A DNA stretch of 64,000 nt from Lama glama. Its lineage: Eukaryota. The number at the start of each line of letters is the position of its first letter. Positions within the stretch are counted from its first letter, which is position 1. The position numbers were made by a program, and so were the translations under genes. The DNA lies in NCBI GenBank assembly GCA_028534125.1, contig CM052818.1, positions 40,736,001 through 40,800,000 on the forward strand. Reading direction: 5' to 3'. The notes under the pieces were generated by a model. It searched no databases and had not been told where the DNA came from. It worked only from the letters and a program-made list of their open reading frames with translations. This document shows, in pieces, positions 63,161 through 64,000 of the stretch.

Positions 63161-63837
63161 GATAATTAGCATCTTCCAGCTAAAATGTCTTTAAACAGAA
63201 AGGCCTCCAAGAGAAGAAAAAAGGAATTATCTTGTTGTAACTAAACCAATTAAGGCTGCATAACTAGACTTAGCATCATCCTGTGGAACTCATAATGAGG
63301 GAGCCAAAAAAAACAAACCTGGGGCAATCGGCAGCAAGGAGGTGGTGGCCGGAGGGCCTGCTGGAGAGGGGCCACGACCTCTGATATCTCAGAGCAGATG
63401 GGGTGCACTGTTGGAGAAGCCGTGTGGTCTCGGGACAAGGTAACTCCTCGGAGCTTGGATTCTCTCATTTGTCAGATGGAGACAACAGCTCTTACTTTAG
63501 GGCGGCTGCGGGGAGGAAGGCACACGGGCACACAGTGGATGCCAAGTTCCTTCTTTCCTTCTTCCTCTTTGGCCAATTTCCTTGGGTTTTGCAGAGCGCA
63601 GACAAGCTCCCAGCATGCCTACACTCAGAATGGCAAAGGCCAGCAGCTCGAGGACATGCAGAGCCTTAATGAGCAGGAAACATCCTTCAAGAAGCTTACA
63701 GCCCTTGCTTTCACTGAGTGGTCTGGGATTCCCCACAGCAGACAGACACCAGGAAACAGAAAGCTCCTTTAAGGCAGGGAGTTTCCAGAATACCTGGCAT
63801 TTAGTCTTCTGAAGAGCTTTTTAAAATCCAGCTGCAG

Positions 63838-63935
63838 AGTCACACCTTGTTTTTTGAAATGTATAGAGGAAGTGTGAAATGAGCTAGGGAGCCTGTTCTC
63901 CCCACCCCAGCTCCAAATGCCGCGGAATGTGTTAA
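63838..63935. promoter_or_regulatory. Upstream T-box site cluster of MSGN1
   Basis: Perfect T half-site TCACACCT (63840-63847), AAGTGTGAAAT (63870-63880) and a weaker ATGTGTTAA near 63927, about 0.85 kb upstream of the inferred TSS. Confidence 0.5.
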
Positions 63936-64000
63936 GTTGGATGGTCTTGCTAGTTCCCTTCACTTCCTACATGCTCTGAGAGATAGACCCTGGGCTTTGG

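Noticed and set aside
1..64000. CRISPR arrays, operons or prokaryotic defence systems
   Set aside because: This is mammalian repeat-rich DNA with no regularly spaced direct repeats or dense coding blocks.

Overview
This is mammalian genomic DNA, most likely camelid, judging from tRNA-derived Vic-1-type SINEs and cetartiodactyl-type L1 3' ends. It is the KCNS3–MSGN1 interval (orthologous to human 2p24.2), with both genes on the minus strand. MSGN1 is a complete single-exon bHLH CDS (62378-62959, 193 aa) with a TATA-like/TCF/RBPJ/T-box promoter. KCNS3 contributes only its CpG-island promoter (~29.6-31.7 kb), candidate alternative non-coding first exons and non-coding exon 2 (9442-9634); its coding exon lies beyond the left edge. 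Three hidden features stand out. (1) A decayed multi-exon zona pellucida gene (ZPAX unitary pseudogene) on the + strand at ~44.4-48.6 kb, with seven exons whose splice phases all match, plus stops and frameshifts. (2) A fossil Gypsy/Ty3 RT-RNase H fragment at ~37.1-37.75 kb. (3) Two overlapping uORFs in KCNS3 exon 2. The rest is ordinary intron or intergenic DNA with L1, L2, MIR, hAT and LTR elements, microsatellites and a 500-N gap. Nearly all ORFs in the supplied track are spurious. Gene and repeat names come from recall, not database searches; repeat boundaries are approximate.
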